From an uncultured Ruminiclostridium sp. (GTDB lineage Bacteria; Bacillota; Clostridia; Oscillospirales; Acutalibacteraceae): a stretch of 64,000 nucleotides of DNA. The notes beneath the pieces are model-generated. The model saw nothing but the letters and a program-made list of their open reading frames with translations, had not been told where the DNA came from and ran no database searches. Position 1 is the first letter of the stretch; each line of letters starts with the position of its first letter. This document shows positions 8,770-18,663 of this stretch, in pieces. Made by a program: the position numbers and the translations under genes. The stretch lies in the NCBI GenBank assembly GCA_902490005.1, contig CABUCM010000009.1, positions 5,834 through 69,833 of the forward strand, written 5' to 3'.

Positions 8770-10113
8770 TTAGCTGTTGCTGTCAATGATCTGCTGAATG
8801 CGATCATTCATGCCGGACAAGATAGTATCGAAATCGTCATTACCACCCAAAACCTCTGTGCTAAGCTCACGAGCCAAATCCTCGCCTTCCAGAGAAGACA
8901 TCGCCGGGAAAGCACTCAATGAAGGATAGTTCAAAGAACAACCATGAGGCATTATTTCTTCCGCGAAGAAACTTTTAATCTTGTTGTCCTTAATCGAGGG
9001 CAACTGATGTTTAGTGGTATCAGCCGGGAAAGCGCCCATGCCACCGTCTTCCCACAGAGCGCCGTTGTTAAGAGTCCACCATTTCATAAAGGTCTTAACA
9101 GCCTCTGGGTATTTGCTGTCGCTGTAGCCCATTAAACCATTCATACCCATGGGGGAACGTACGGTTCCAGTGGGGCTTTCCAGAACAGGCAGCACTTCGG
9201 TATTTTCATAGATCTCCTGGCTGGTTTCCTCAATAACAGGACCGAAGTCAGGGCCGCAAGGAATACACCAGGCCTTTCCCTGCATGTACAGTTTCTTGCC
9301 ATCATCTTCCTTCATAGCAGCCGCTCCAGGAGGAATTACGCCGCTGTCGCGCAGTTTAGCATAGAATTCCAGGGTGCTCTTCACTTCAGGAGTATTGATA
9401 TTGGCCTGCTGGTCTTCCGTAACATAAGCGCCGCCGTTACCGAACATAAACTGATAGAAGCCCCAGTGATTTTCACCGGCCAGAGCCATACCGTAAACAT
9501 CGTCATGAGTCATGGCCTTTACCACCTCAAACAGTTCATCCCAAGTGGTAGGAACGTCAAGGCCTGCCTCTTCCAGCCAGTCGGCACGATAGAAAATGCC
9601 TCTTGGATCTACGTTAAAGGGGAGTGCGGTTTGGAAACCATCTACATTGAACTGATCAGCAGTGCCGGTAGACCATGTTGTTCCTTCCTCTTCCAATTCC
9701 TCCATGATGTCGCTGACGTCAATCATTTTGCCCATGGCATGGAACTGTAAGGACTGGAACCCAGGACCAGTGCTGACATCCAGGGTAGTGCCAGAGGTGA
9801 CGGCAGTCTGGAATGTTACGGAAGAACTATCCCAGGGAATCTGCTGATAGGTTACCTTAATGTTGGGATACTCTTCCATAAAATCTTCGACCAATCCTTG
9901 TGCTACGTTTTGATATTCGGAAGACCCCCATGGCATATCCCAGAATACCAATTCCGCGGCCTCGCCGTCGCCGCCAGTAGTCGATTCCGCCTGAGAACCG
10001 GTGGAATCAGTGCCTTGAGAAGAGGACTCGGTGGAGCTGCTGTTGCAGGCCGCCAAAGAGACCGCCATACATCCGGCAAGCACCAGACATAATGCTTTTC
10101 TCAGTTTTTTCAT
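8770..10113 (-). CDS. Sugar ABC transporter substrate-binding lipoprotein
   Basis: LAAC lipobox, Ser/Thr linker, FYRADWLEEAG..PTTWDEL. Confidence 0.92.
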   Translation of the reverse strand: MKKLRKALCLVLAGCMAVSLAACNSSSTESSSQGTDSTGSQAESTTGGDGEAAELVFWDMPWGSSEYQNVAQGLVEDFMEEYPNIKVTYQQIPWDSSSVTFQTAVTSGTTLDVSTGPGFQSLQFHAMGKMIDVSDIMEELEEEGTTWSTGTADQFNVDGFQTALPFNVDPRGIFYRADWLEEAGLDVPTTWDELFEVVKAMTHDDVYGMALAGENHWGFYQFMFGNGGAYVTEDQQANINTPEVKSTLEFYAKLRDSGVIPPGAAAMKEDDGKKLYMQGKAWCIPCGPDFGPVIEETSQEIYENTEVLPVLESPTGTVRSPMGMNGLMGYSDSKYPEAVKTFMKWWTLNNGALWEDGGMGAFPADTTKHQLPSIKDNKIKSFFAEEIMPHGCSLNYPSLSAFPAMSSLEGEDLARELSTEVLGGNDDFDTILSGMNDRIQQIIDSNS

Positions 10114-10167
10114 AATTTACCTCCTGAAAAATATATTTTTTTGCTTTTTCAAGCAAGCCTACCAAAA

Positions 10168-11019
10168 TTAGCCTTTCACCGCGCCTGACGTTAACCCGGC
10201 AACGATATACTTCTGCATGAAAATTAAAAAGAACAAAATAGGAATCAGGGCAATAGAGGACGCCGCCATCAAAGAACCCCATTCTGTGGTAAACTGCTGG
10301 ATAAACGCCTGCAAGCCAACCGGAATGGTTTTCATCTCCTGGGTTTTCAGGAAAATGTTTGCGGTCATAAATTCATTCCAGCAGCCGATAAAGGTGAAAA
10401 TGATAATGGAAGCGATTCCAGGCTTGGAAAGCGGTACGACCAGCTTGATGAATGTCTGGAAAACGTTGCAGCCGTCTATTTGCCCGGCTTCTTCCATTTC
10501 GATGGGGATGCCGTCAAAAAATCCGCTGATGAGCCAGGTGCAGAAGGGAATGTTGCTGGATATGTAAATAATGGTCAAGCCCAAAACGGTATCATTTAAA
10601 TGGACTTGGGTAAAGACCAGCACCAAGGGAATCAAAACCAGCACGCCGGGGAACATTTGAAGAATTAAGAATAGGGAAGAATAGTATCTGAAAAAACGAA
10701 TGCGGCGGCTGTAACGAGAGATCGCATATCCAGCGAGACAGGAAAAAACCGCTACGATCAGGGAAGCGGAAACAGCGATTAAAACACTGTTTTTCACATA
10801 AAGCAGAAATGGCGTGGTTTCAAATACCCGGTAAAAATTCTCTAATGTGAATTGGTGAGGGAAAAGGTTGTTATTTGTCAGGATCTCAGCTTTTCCTTTA
10901 AAGGCGGTGCCGATCACACTGATAATCGGAAGGACAATCAAAAATCCGATCACTAAAAGGAGAAGATAAAACAGGATGGATTTGACGACTTTTTTCGGCG
11001 TCGACTGTAGCTTAAACAT
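10168..11019 (-). CDS. Carbohydrate ABC transporter permease (MalG-like)
   Basis: EEAGQIDGC EAA motif; C-terminal GLTSGAVKG. Confidence 0.92.
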   Translation of the reverse strand: MFKLQSTPKKVVKSILFYLLLLVIGFLIVLPIISVIGTAFKGKAEILTNNNLFPHQFTLENFYRVFETTPFLLYVKNSVLIAVSASLIVAVFSCLAGYAISRYSRRIRFFRYYSSLFLILQMFPGVLVLIPLVLVFTQVHLNDTVLGLTIIYISSNIPFCTWLISGFFDGIPIEMEEAGQIDGCNVFQTFIKLVVPLSKPGIASIIIFTFIGCWNEFMTANIFLKTQEMKTIPVGLQAFIQQFTTEWGSLMAASSIALIPILFFLIFMQKYIVAGLTSGAVKG

Positions 11020-11037
11020 AATTGTTGTATTCCCCCT

Positions 11038-11922
11038 TTAGTCTTTATCCCGCAGCAGCCGGCGGTATACATAGGACATTATGAACATGATTACCATCAT
11101 TACCACGGCGATTGCGGAGGCATAGCCCAGAAGCTGGCGGTAGAACGCCATATTATAGGTATAAATCGAAATGTTCATGGTAGCTCTTCCCGGGCCGCCT
11201 TTGGTGAGAAGATAGACGATATCGAAATTGTTAAAGTTCCAGATCATCATCAGGACCGTAGAAACGACGCTCACTTGCTTAATCATCGGCATGGTGATGT
11301 AACGGAATCTTTGAAACGCGCTGGCGCCGTCAATATGGGCGGATTCGTATAAGTCCGGGGAAATCGCCTGCATGGCGCCGATCAAAACCATCATCATAAA
11401 GGGGAAGTTTTTCCAGGTGCCCACAAGCACCGAGGTCAACTGGGCCGCAAGCGGGGTTGCCAGAAAGAGAATCGGTTCCTGAATCAAGCCGAGCTGCATC
11501 AAAGTCGTGTTGATAAAGCCGAATTGGTCATTCAGGATCCAGGACCAGGAGTTTACCGCGACCACAGAAGGAACCACCCATGGCAGAAGATATAATGCCC
11601 GAATGACGCTTTTGCCACGAAAAGGCTGGTTTACAAAAAGCGCCAATACTAAACTGATGATATAAACACAGATTACAGTACTGATCGCGTAGAAGAAAGT
11701 AAAGCCAATAACGCTCCAAAATTCCTTATCCTCAAACAATACCTTTCCAATGTTTTCGAAACCAACGAATGTTGTCCGGTCAGGGTATAAAGCGTTTGAG
11801 TTCGTGAAGCTGAGATAAAATCCCCGAAGCAGCGGGTAAATATTAACCAGCAGCACAACGATTGACGCGGGCAGAACAAATAGGTATCCAGCCCGATGCC
11901 TTTTCCTAATTTGCGATTTCAA
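11038..11922 (-). CDS. Carbohydrate ABC transporter permease (MalF-like)
   Basis: LYESAHIDGA and LTKGGPG. TTG start at 11922 behind GGAGTG. Confidence 0.9.
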   Translation of the reverse strand: MKSQIRKRHRAGYLFVLPASIVVLLVNIYPLLRGFYLSFTNSNALYPDRTTFVGFENIGKVLFEDKEFWSVIGFTFFYAISTVICVYIISLVLALFVNQPFRGKSVIRALYLLPWVVPSVVAVNSWSWILNDQFGFINTTLMQLGLIQEPILFLATPLAAQLTSVLVGTWKNFPFMMMVLIGAMQAISPDLYESAHIDGASAFQRFRYITMPMIKQVSVVSTVLMMIWNFNNFDIVYLLTKGGPGRATMNISIYTYNMAFYRQLLGYASAIAVVMMVIMFIMSYVYRRLLRDKD

Positions 11923-12085
11923 AATAATCACTCCCAAATCACATTTGTTTGTTGTGTAAATTCACAACTTTTCCTTTTGCTGTGATTGCATTATATACTG
12001 TTTGCACATTATACGCTTGTATAAAACCGCAGTTTTTTATAATACAAAATTATCCTTTTTATTTACTGTTGAAAAATGTTCTTTT

Positions 12086-12994
12086 TTAGGAAGTCTTTTT
12101 CCGTACGATTTTCAATTGTTTCCGAAATTGTACGGGAGAGCAGCCGTGAAAGCGTTTGAACTGGCGTATAAAATAGGAAAGGTTGTTGAACCCCACCTCC
12201 ATAGCGATATCGGTAATCATATCGTCGGAGAAGATCAGCATTTCAGAGGCCCGCTGGATTCGATACTCATTGACATACTCTAAAAAGGTTTTTCCGGTCT
12301 GTTCCTTAAATAGGCGGCTGAAATAATTGGTGCTGTAGTTGAACCGTTTTGCCACCGTGGCAAGAGAAAGATCTTCATTATAGTTCTTTTTCAGATAGGA
12401 TAAGATCGCTTTAATGCTGTCCATATTTTTCCGTTTGGAATTTTTATCAGTTTTCAGGCCGAACTGCTTGCTGCATTGCAGTACCTGCGCCATGAGCTCG
12501 AATAGCTTTCCCTTGATGTACACCTCAAATAAAGGGGATTTTTGGTGATAAAGGGCCAGAATATCCTGAAAAATGCCGACAATTTTTGTTTGCTCAACAG
12601 TATTCTTGGAGATGTGCTGAGACAGGGAGAGATCCTGCTTGATTGCCGGCTGAATGTATTTTTGGTCTACACAATCGTCTGAGGACCCCTCTAAAAAGGA
12701 AAGATTGAAGACGATGGCCTCTCCGGTATAATCTTCGGAGGAATCTTTGCGGATCATATGTAAGGTATAGGGCTCAATTACCACAATGTCGCCCTGGCTG
12801 GCCCGGATTTGATTGGCTCCAATATAAAAGACAGCGACGCCGGAAGAGATATAGGCGATCTCCATTTCTTCGTGCCAATGCATAGCGATTTGACGGTCAT
12901 CCCCCAGTGTTTCGCGGCAGGTGGTAACAGGAAATATCAGATTGCCATGTTGCTTTTTTTCCTTCAGGTTTAATAGGTTGTTGGCAGTTTTCAT
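12086..12994 (-). CDS. AraC-family regulator with N-terminal cupin domain
   Basis: HWHEEME cupin motif; IAMEVGFNNLSYFIRQFK HTH. Confidence 0.93.
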   Translation of the reverse strand: MKTANNLLNLKEKKQHGNLIFPVTTCRETLGDDRQIAMHWHEEMEIAYISSGVAVFYIGANQIRASQGDIVVIEPYTLHMIRKDSSEDYTGEAIVFNLSFLEGSSDDCVDQKYIQPAIKQDLSLSQHISKNTVEQTKIVGIFQDILALYHQKSPLFEVYIKGKLFELMAQVLQCSKQFGLKTDKNSKRKNMDSIKAILSYLKKNYNEDLSLATVAKRFNYSTNYFSRLFKEQTGKTFLEYVNEYRIQRASEMLIFSDDMITDIAMEVGFNNLSYFIRQFKRFHGCSPVQFRKQLKIVRKKTS

Positions 12995-13323
12995 CTGTGG
13001 TTTCCTCCCGATTTAGTAATTTATACAATTTAAGACACAAAATTTTGGAGCAATTAACGCAAAAAAAATACTGTTTTATACAAAATTTGTAAAAAAACAG
13101 TATTAAAAAATTTGTCTTAAATTGTATGATTAACGGTTTACCATGGGCTTCATTTTGTCATTTTAAATCTGTAACGATAAATTTGTGCTATAAAAGTCAT
13201 AAAAAAATGCAAGTAAATACAAATAGATTCCATTACAATCAAACTAAATTCCGAAGAGAGACTTTTAGTTTAATTTCCACGGAAAAATTGATGCGGGAAT
13301 TACAAAGGGGGAGAGGATGCTTG

Positions 13324-15081
13324 TTGGATTATAAGAATTTCAAAGCAACGGCGTATGTCCATGCAGAATACCTATATCAAACAACGCTGGAAGATATCGA
13401 CAGAGGAATTCAGTATTTTCTGCAATATATTCCTTTGAAAAAAGTTTACCTGGAGACCCATCGCGGCCTTTATGACGTTCCAAAAGATAAAATGGCGATA
13501 ATTATTGAAAAATTTGAAAACGCGGGGATCGCGGCTTCCGGAGGAATTACCTCTACGATCACGATACCGGGCCATGAGAAGAACAGCGTGTTCGACGTGT
13601 TTTGCTTTACCGATCCGGTCTACCGCGAGAAGTATTTGGAAATTGTGAAGGACACGTCTTCTCAATTTGACGAGATCATCTTAGACGACTTTTTCTTTAC
13701 GGCCTGCCGGTGCGAAATGTGCATTAAAGAAAAAGGGCGGAAAACCTGGGCTCAATTTCGTCTGGATCAAATGGAGGAATTTGCCAGAGAAATTGTTGAC
13801 TATGCAAAGGAAATAAACCCGAAATGCCATTTTATCATTAAATATCCCAACTGGTATGAATCTTACCAGGAATGCGGCTATAATCCGGAAAAGCAAAAGG
13901 ATATTTTCGACGCGATTTATACCGGTACGGAAAGCCGTGACCCCCGTTACAGCCAGCAGCACCTGCAAAGATATTTAAGCTACAGCTTAGTCCGGCTGAT
14001 GGAGAATATCGCTCCCGGACGCAACGGCGGCGGCTGGGTAGATCAAGGCGGTTCCTGGGATAACCTGAACGTTTGGCTGGAGCAGTTCTATTTGACCGCT
14101 TTGGCGGGGGCGAAGGAACTGATGATGTTCAATTTCCATGAGTTGATGGGGTCACCGGCGCTTCCGCCCTTGGGCCAGCAGCTCTACCGGTTCGACCGGT
14201 TTTTAAGCGAAGCGGAAAATCCTGTTGGAACCGTGGTTTATGAACCCTACAACGGCACCGGCGACGACCAGCTCATCAATTATCTCGGTATGATGGGACT
14301 TCCGCTGGAGCCTAAGCCCGAATTTGACCAGGACGCTCCCGCCATGTTGCTGACAGCCTCCTCGGCGTGGGATAATCAGATCGTTCCCAAATTAGAGTAT
14401 TACGTCCGGGCGGGAGGGACCGCGATTATCACCACCGGATTCCTGCGGGCGACCTATGAGAGAGGAATTCAGGAGATGACGTCGGTCAGGCTTACCGGCC
14501 GGAAAGTCTCCGGGAAAGAATACTGGCTGGACTCTTACTATTTAAACCATAAGGATTACTGCGGCGCTTCGGAAAGCATTGGGATAGATGTTTTGGAATA
14601 CAAAACTAACGCCTCCTGGTGCGAAATCGCTTTGGTGAACGGGGACTGTAATTTTCCTGTATTGGTAGACGAGTTCTACGGGAACGGACATCTCTATGTT
14701 TTGAATATCCCGGATAATTTCAGCGACCTGTATCGCCTGCCGGAAAAAGTAGCGGCCAATATCGGAAAGGTATTTTCTAAAGGTCAACGCGTTTACCTTT
14801 CCGCTCAACCGAAACATAACCTTTTCTTGTACGATAACGGTGTATTTGTGGTTGCTTCTTACCGGCCCCACGAGGAGGATTTAGATATCATCGTGCGTGG
14901 AGAAGATGTGGTTGGGATCCAGGATCTGGAAAGCGGCGAGGTGTTTTCCATTTCAAGAGCGGGCCTGCGGCCGGTTAAGCGGTTTGACTCCGCGAAAACA
15001 ACCGACGAGAGCCAGGAGAATGTCATCACGGTGCCGGTGAGAAACGGCGCGTTCCGCTTTTTCCGTTTGGTAACAAAATAA
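13324..15081 (+). CDS. Uncharacterised soluble protein, putative glycoside-hydrolase-like (TIM barrel with CxCxxC plus GH42-trimerisation-like domain)
   Basis: Long ORF with no TM helices; ILDDFFFTACRCEMC and LEYYVRAGGTAIIT motifs; sugar-cluster context. TTG start at 13321 or 13324 behind GGAGAGG. The function is inferred. Confidence 0.6.
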   Translation: MDYKNFKATAYVHAEYLYQTTLEDIDRGIQYFLQYIPLKKVYLETHRGLYDVPKDKMAIIIEKFENAGIAASGGITSTITIPGHEKNSVFDVFCFTDPVYREKYLEIVKDTSSQFDEIILDDFFFTACRCEMCIKEKGRKTWAQFRLDQMEEFAREIVDYAKEINPKCHFIIKYPNWYESYQECGYNPEKQKDIFDAIYTGTESRDPRYSQQHLQRYLSYSLVRLMENIAPGRNGGGWVDQGGSWDNLNVWLEQFYLTALAGAKELMMFNFHELMGSPALPPLGQQLYRFDRFLSEAENPVGTVVYEPYNGTGDDQLINYLGMMGLPLEPKPEFDQDAPAMLLTASSAWDNQIVPKLEYYVRAGGTAIITTGFLRATYERGIQEMTSVRLTGRKVSGKEYWLDSYYLNHKDYCGASESIGIDVLEYKTNASWCEIALVNGDCNFPVLVDEFYGNGHLYVLNIPDNFSDLYRLPEKVAANIGKVFSKGQRVYLSAQPKHNLFLYDNGVFVVASYRPHEEDLDIIVRGEDVVGIQDLESGEVFSISRAGLRPVKRFDSAKTTDESQENVITVPVRNGAFRFFRLVTK

Positions 15082-15147
15082 GAAGTTTCAAGCACTTTCC
15101 TTGCCGGAAGCGATTCCGGCGGAATCAAACAATAAAGGAGAATTATT

Positions 15148-16344
15148 ATGGCGAAATCAGTAAAAGTCGGTCTCATTGGATCAGGAAGCATCAGCTATAC
15201 GTATCTGAACAACCTGACCAAAACATTCAGCATCACAGATGTGGTAGGGTGCTCGGATCTTATTCCGGACAGAAGCGCCAGCCGAGCGGAGGAATTTGGA
15301 ATCCGCCAGATGACAAACGAAGAAATCTTTTCCGACCCGGAAATTGAGATCGTTGTCAACACCACCTATCCTATGTCCCACTATAAGATTTCCAAACAGG
15401 CCATGGAAGCCGGAAAGCATGTTTACGCCGAAAAGATGATGGCCACCAATTTTGAAAACGCGAAAGAGCTTTATGACATTTCCAAAAAAGAAGGGGTCCG
15501 TCTGGCTCAGGCGCCGGATACCTTTTTAGGAGGCGGGCTGCAGACAGCCAGAAAATTACTGGATGCCGGCATGATCGGAAAGCCCTTCGGCGCTCAGGCC
15601 ATGTGTATCCGCGGCTACCGGCTGACCGGAGAGGAACGCCAGGATCCGTTGCCGTTCTGCTTTACCGATGGGGGAAACATCCCTTATGACATGGGCGGCT
15701 ATTACATTCACGCTCTGGTCAATATGCTGGGGCCGGTTAAGCGAGTGGGCGGTTTCTCCCGGGCGTTTGAACCTAAGGAAATTTACCGCAATCCCCGCCA
15801 TCCCGACTATAAGGGCGGCATTGATTTAGACGTTTCCACCATTATGACTGGTTCCTTGGAATTCTGGAACGGCTGCTATGCCAATCTGACCACCATGGGC
15901 GTCAGCCATCTGAACGAGATTCCCAGACTGGAAATCTACGGTACGGAGGGAACCTTGATCCTGCCCGACCCGAACACCTTCTGCGGCCCGGTTATTCTGA
16001 TGCGGGGCACCAGTGACGAAAATCTGCAGACCTGCGAAATGCCGCTGACCCATGGCTACGGCTACAAAAACCCAGAGGATCCTCAGGCTACGGAAGAGGC
16101 CAACAAATGGAAGGACAGCTACCGCGGAATCGGCGTCGCCGATCTTGCATGGGCAATTCGCAATGGGCGCCCGCACCGCTGCAGCGCGGAACTGGGACTG
16201 CACGCAATGGAGATTATCCATGGAATTGAGCGCAGCTGCGCGGAAAACAAGCTTTATGAAATGACTACGAAGCCGGAACGCCCGGAGGCCATTCCCACAG
16301 GCTTTATTTATGACACAGCCAGCGAGGCTTGCCTGGATACCTAA
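15148..16344 (+). CDS. Gfo/Idh/MocA oxidoreductase
   Basis: GLIGSGSIS, GKHVYAEK, APDTFLG, YDMGGYY. Confidence 0.92.
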   Translation: MAKSVKVGLIGSGSISYTYLNNLTKTFSITDVVGCSDLIPDRSASRAEEFGIRQMTNEEIFSDPEIEIVVNTTYPMSHYKISKQAMEAGKHVYAEKMMATNFENAKELYDISKKEGVRLAQAPDTFLGGGLQTARKLLDAGMIGKPFGAQAMCIRGYRLTGEERQDPLPFCFTDGGNIPYDMGGYYIHALVNMLGPVKRVGGFSRAFEPKEIYRNPRHPDYKGGIDLDVSTIMTGSLEFWNGCYANLTTMGVSHLNEIPRLEIYGTEGTLILPDPNTFCGPVILMRGTSDENLQTCEMPLTHGYGYKNPEDPQATEEANKWKDSYRGIGVADLAWAIRNGRPHRCSAELGLHAMEIIHGIERSCAENKLYEMTTKPERPEAIPTGFIYDTASEACLDT

Positions 16345-16364
16345 AATTTTAGGGGGAAAGAAAA

Positions 16365-17417
16365 ATGGAACTTAAAATTGGCGTAATTGGATTTGGCGGT
16401 ATGGCCTCCTGGCACGCAACCTATGCTTCCAAGCTGGAAGGCGTCAGCTTTGTATGTGCTTACGATATTGATGCGGAGAGAATGGAGAAAGCCCGTGAAA
16501 TGGGTTTGGAAACCGTGGATTCCGCCGATGAATTGCTCCAGCGCGAGGATATCAACCTCGTGCTGGTGGCAACTCCCAACCACGTGCATAGGGAATATAC
16601 CGTGAGCGCGCTGCGGGCGGGGAAGCATGTTTTAGTGGAAAAGCCCGCCACAATGTCTGTGGCTGACTGGGATGAGATGGCCCAGGAAGCGCGGCGCTGC
16701 AAAAAAATACTCACCGTACACCAAAACCGCCGGTGGGATAAAGATTATCTTACCATGCGCAAAACAGTGGAAGACGGTTTGGTGGGAGATATTCTCTGCA
16801 TTGAATCCCGCGTGTTTGGCACCATGGGGCCGATGTTCCGCTGGAGAGGCTTCAAGGAATATGGCGGCGGCATGGTTCTGGATTGGGGCGTGCATCTGTT
16901 TGACCAGCTGCTTCTTATGTTCCCCGGTAAAAAAGTGATTGATGTAAAAGCCGAAGTGCGGAGCATGATGAAGCAGGAGGTAGAGGACTACTTTAAGGTT
17001 TTGCTGCGCTTAGAGTACGGAAAGCTTCTTCAAATAGAGGCTGGCTCCTATGCGTTTAGAAAATTGCCCCGCTGGTATGTGTCCGGCGACAGGGGAACCA
17101 TGACGATCGAGGATTTCGCTATGAGCGAAGGCGGAATTACCGTACCCTCCGGGGAACCGGTTCTAACGTCGGAAGTGCTGATGACTTCGGCTGGCCCCAC
17201 CAGAATGATGGTTCCGCAGCTTCCCGAAACCAAGAAAGAACTTCCTCTGCCCGTGGTGGAAGAGGAAACCTTGTCGGTATATCGTAATTTGCTGGAGGTC
17301 TTGAACGGCCAAGGCGAACTGATTGTAAAGCACTCGGAGGTGCGCCGGATTCTCAGATTGATTGAACTTGTTTTGGAATCCGCGGAAACAGGCCACTCCA
17401 TCGCTTGTTCTTTGTAA
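16365..17417 (+). CDS. Gfo/Idh/MocA oxidoreductase (IolW-like)
   Basis: GFGGMA, VEKP, HQNRRWD, DWGVH. Confidence 0.92.
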   Translation: MELKIGVIGFGGMASWHATYASKLEGVSFVCAYDIDAERMEKAREMGLETVDSADELLQREDINLVLVATPNHVHREYTVSALRAGKHVLVEKPATMSVADWDEMAQEARRCKKILTVHQNRRWDKDYLTMRKTVEDGLVGDILCIESRVFGTMGPMFRWRGFKEYGGGMVLDWGVHLFDQLLLMFPGKKVIDVKAEVRSMMKQEVEDYFKVLLRLEYGKLLQIEAGSYAFRKLPRWYVSGDRGTMTIEDFAMSEGGITVPSGEPVLTSEVLMTSAGPTRMMVPQLPETKKELPLPVVEEETLSVYRNLLEVLNGQGELIVKHSEVRRILRLIELVLESAETGHSIACSL

Positions 17418-17435
17418 ATTCCTTTTATTTTGGTT

Positions 17436-17480
17436 GGACGGTCCCGGGTCTATGTGGCAACTCGGGATCGTTCCTTTTTT
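17436..17480 (+). terminator. Intrinsic terminator
   Basis: GGACGGTCCCGGG...CTCGGGATCGTTCC followed by T6. Confidence 0.7.
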
Positions 17481-17537
17481 ATCACGGAAAAATTGAAAAA
17501 GAATAAATCCTTGAAGTACCTAAAATGATTCTGAATG

Positions 17538-17577
17538 AAAGAGGTGCTGCAAAATATTCTTTTGCGGCACCTCTTTT
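17538..17577. terminator. Bidirectional terminator between convergent operons
   Basis: AAAGAGGTGCTGCAAAA...TTTTGCGGCACCTCTTTT. Confidence 0.75.
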
Positions 17578-17633
17578 CAAAAGATAGGAAGGAAGAAATA
17601 TTAAAAAAATGAAGAAGAAAATCAATAAGTGAA

Positions 17634-18494
17634 TTAGCGAATAGAAGGATTCAGCAAACGCATTCTTGCCTCTACCAATTCTTCACAAGCCTTTTTCGAG
17701 GCCTGGTACACATTGGTTACATTGTAACGGAAATCAGGCTGCTGCTGGACCTCGGCAATTTTTTTGGCAGTGACGGTTACTAAATCGGTAGCGATATTGA
17801 TTTTGGCAATGCCGCAGGATACGGCTTCCGCGATTTTGTCCTCGGGGGTGCCGGAGCCGCCGTGCATAACCAGCGGAACGGATACCTTCGCGGCGATTTG
17901 CTTCAGCCGGTCAATGTTGATCTGGGGCTTGAAAGAAGCGGGATAAGCGCCGTGCATGGTGCCAATGGAAACCGCCAGAGCGTCGACGCCGGTTTTTTCA
18001 ACGAAATAAGCGGCCTCGTCGGGATCAGTCTGGAAGGATTCCGCAACGGTTACGTCCTCGTCGCCTTCGTTGCCGGGCAGCCTTCCCAACTCAGCTTCAA
18101 CGCTGACGCCGGCGGCGTGGGCAACCTTGATGACTTCCCGGGTGAGCTCGATGTTTTTCTCAATGGGGAAACGGGAGGCGTCGATCATGACGGAGCTATA
18201 GCCGGCGACGATGGCCTGCACAATTTTATCATAGTCACGGAAATGATCGGCATGAAGCGCGATAGGAACGTTCACATTATCGGCAACGCTTTGGGCTATT
18301 TTACGAACGCTGGCAAACCCTCCCATGGTGTAAGCTTCGCCCTCTCCGATAATAAAAATTGCCGGCTGTCCTAATTTTTGTGCAACATTGGCAATTGCGC
18401 TGGCGGAATCGTAGTTCCAAATCATGAAGCCACCGACTGCGCGCTTTTCTTTTCTTGCATCCTTAAGCATTTGGTCCATTGGTACTAAAGGCAT
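17634..18494 (-). CDS. Class II (metal-dependent) ketose-phosphate aldolase, Fba/GatY family
   Basis: HADH, SSVMIDAS, EAELG, GTMHG, HGGSG, KINIATD. Confidence 0.93.
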   Translation of the reverse strand: MPLVPMDQMLKDARKEKRAVGGFMIWNYDSASAIANVAQKLGQPAIFIIGEGEAYTMGGFASVRKIAQSVADNVNVPIALHADHFRDYDKIVQAIVAGYSSVMIDASRFPIEKNIELTREVIKVAHAAGVSVEAELGRLPGNEGDEDVTVAESFQTDPDEAAYFVEKTGVDALAVSIGTMHGAYPASFKPQINIDRLKQIAAKVSVPLVMHGGSGTPEDKIAEAVSCGIAKINIATDLVTVTAKKIAEVQQQPDFRYNVTNVYQASKKACEELVEARMRLLNPSIR

Positions 18495-18555
18495 TTTTTA
18501 ATTCCTCCTAAAATAATATATATTGCACAAAGGAAATCGGAAAAGGGTTTATGTA

Positions 18556-18616
18556 TTGACTTTTCTGATGCTCCGTGCTACAATCGTATTATCGTTCATA
18601 TTAACGATATTGTCAA
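18556..18616. promoter_or_regulatory. Opposing sigma-A promoters sharing one palindromic operator
   Basis: + strand TTGACT(18556)-17-TACAAT(18579); - strand TTGACA(18616)-17-GATAAT(18593); palindrome TATCGTTcATATtAACGATA at 18590-18609. Confidence 0.75.
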
Positions 18617-18663
18617 GACCTTTTTATAAGATTTTTAAAAAATCATGAAGGGGGATAGAGATT

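Noticed and set aside
13126..13323. N-terminal extension of the 651-aa ORF, and similar extensions at 4398, 25851, 39493 and 51957
   Set aside because: They run through promoter/leader or upstream-gene DNA; a clear RBS supports the downstream starts.
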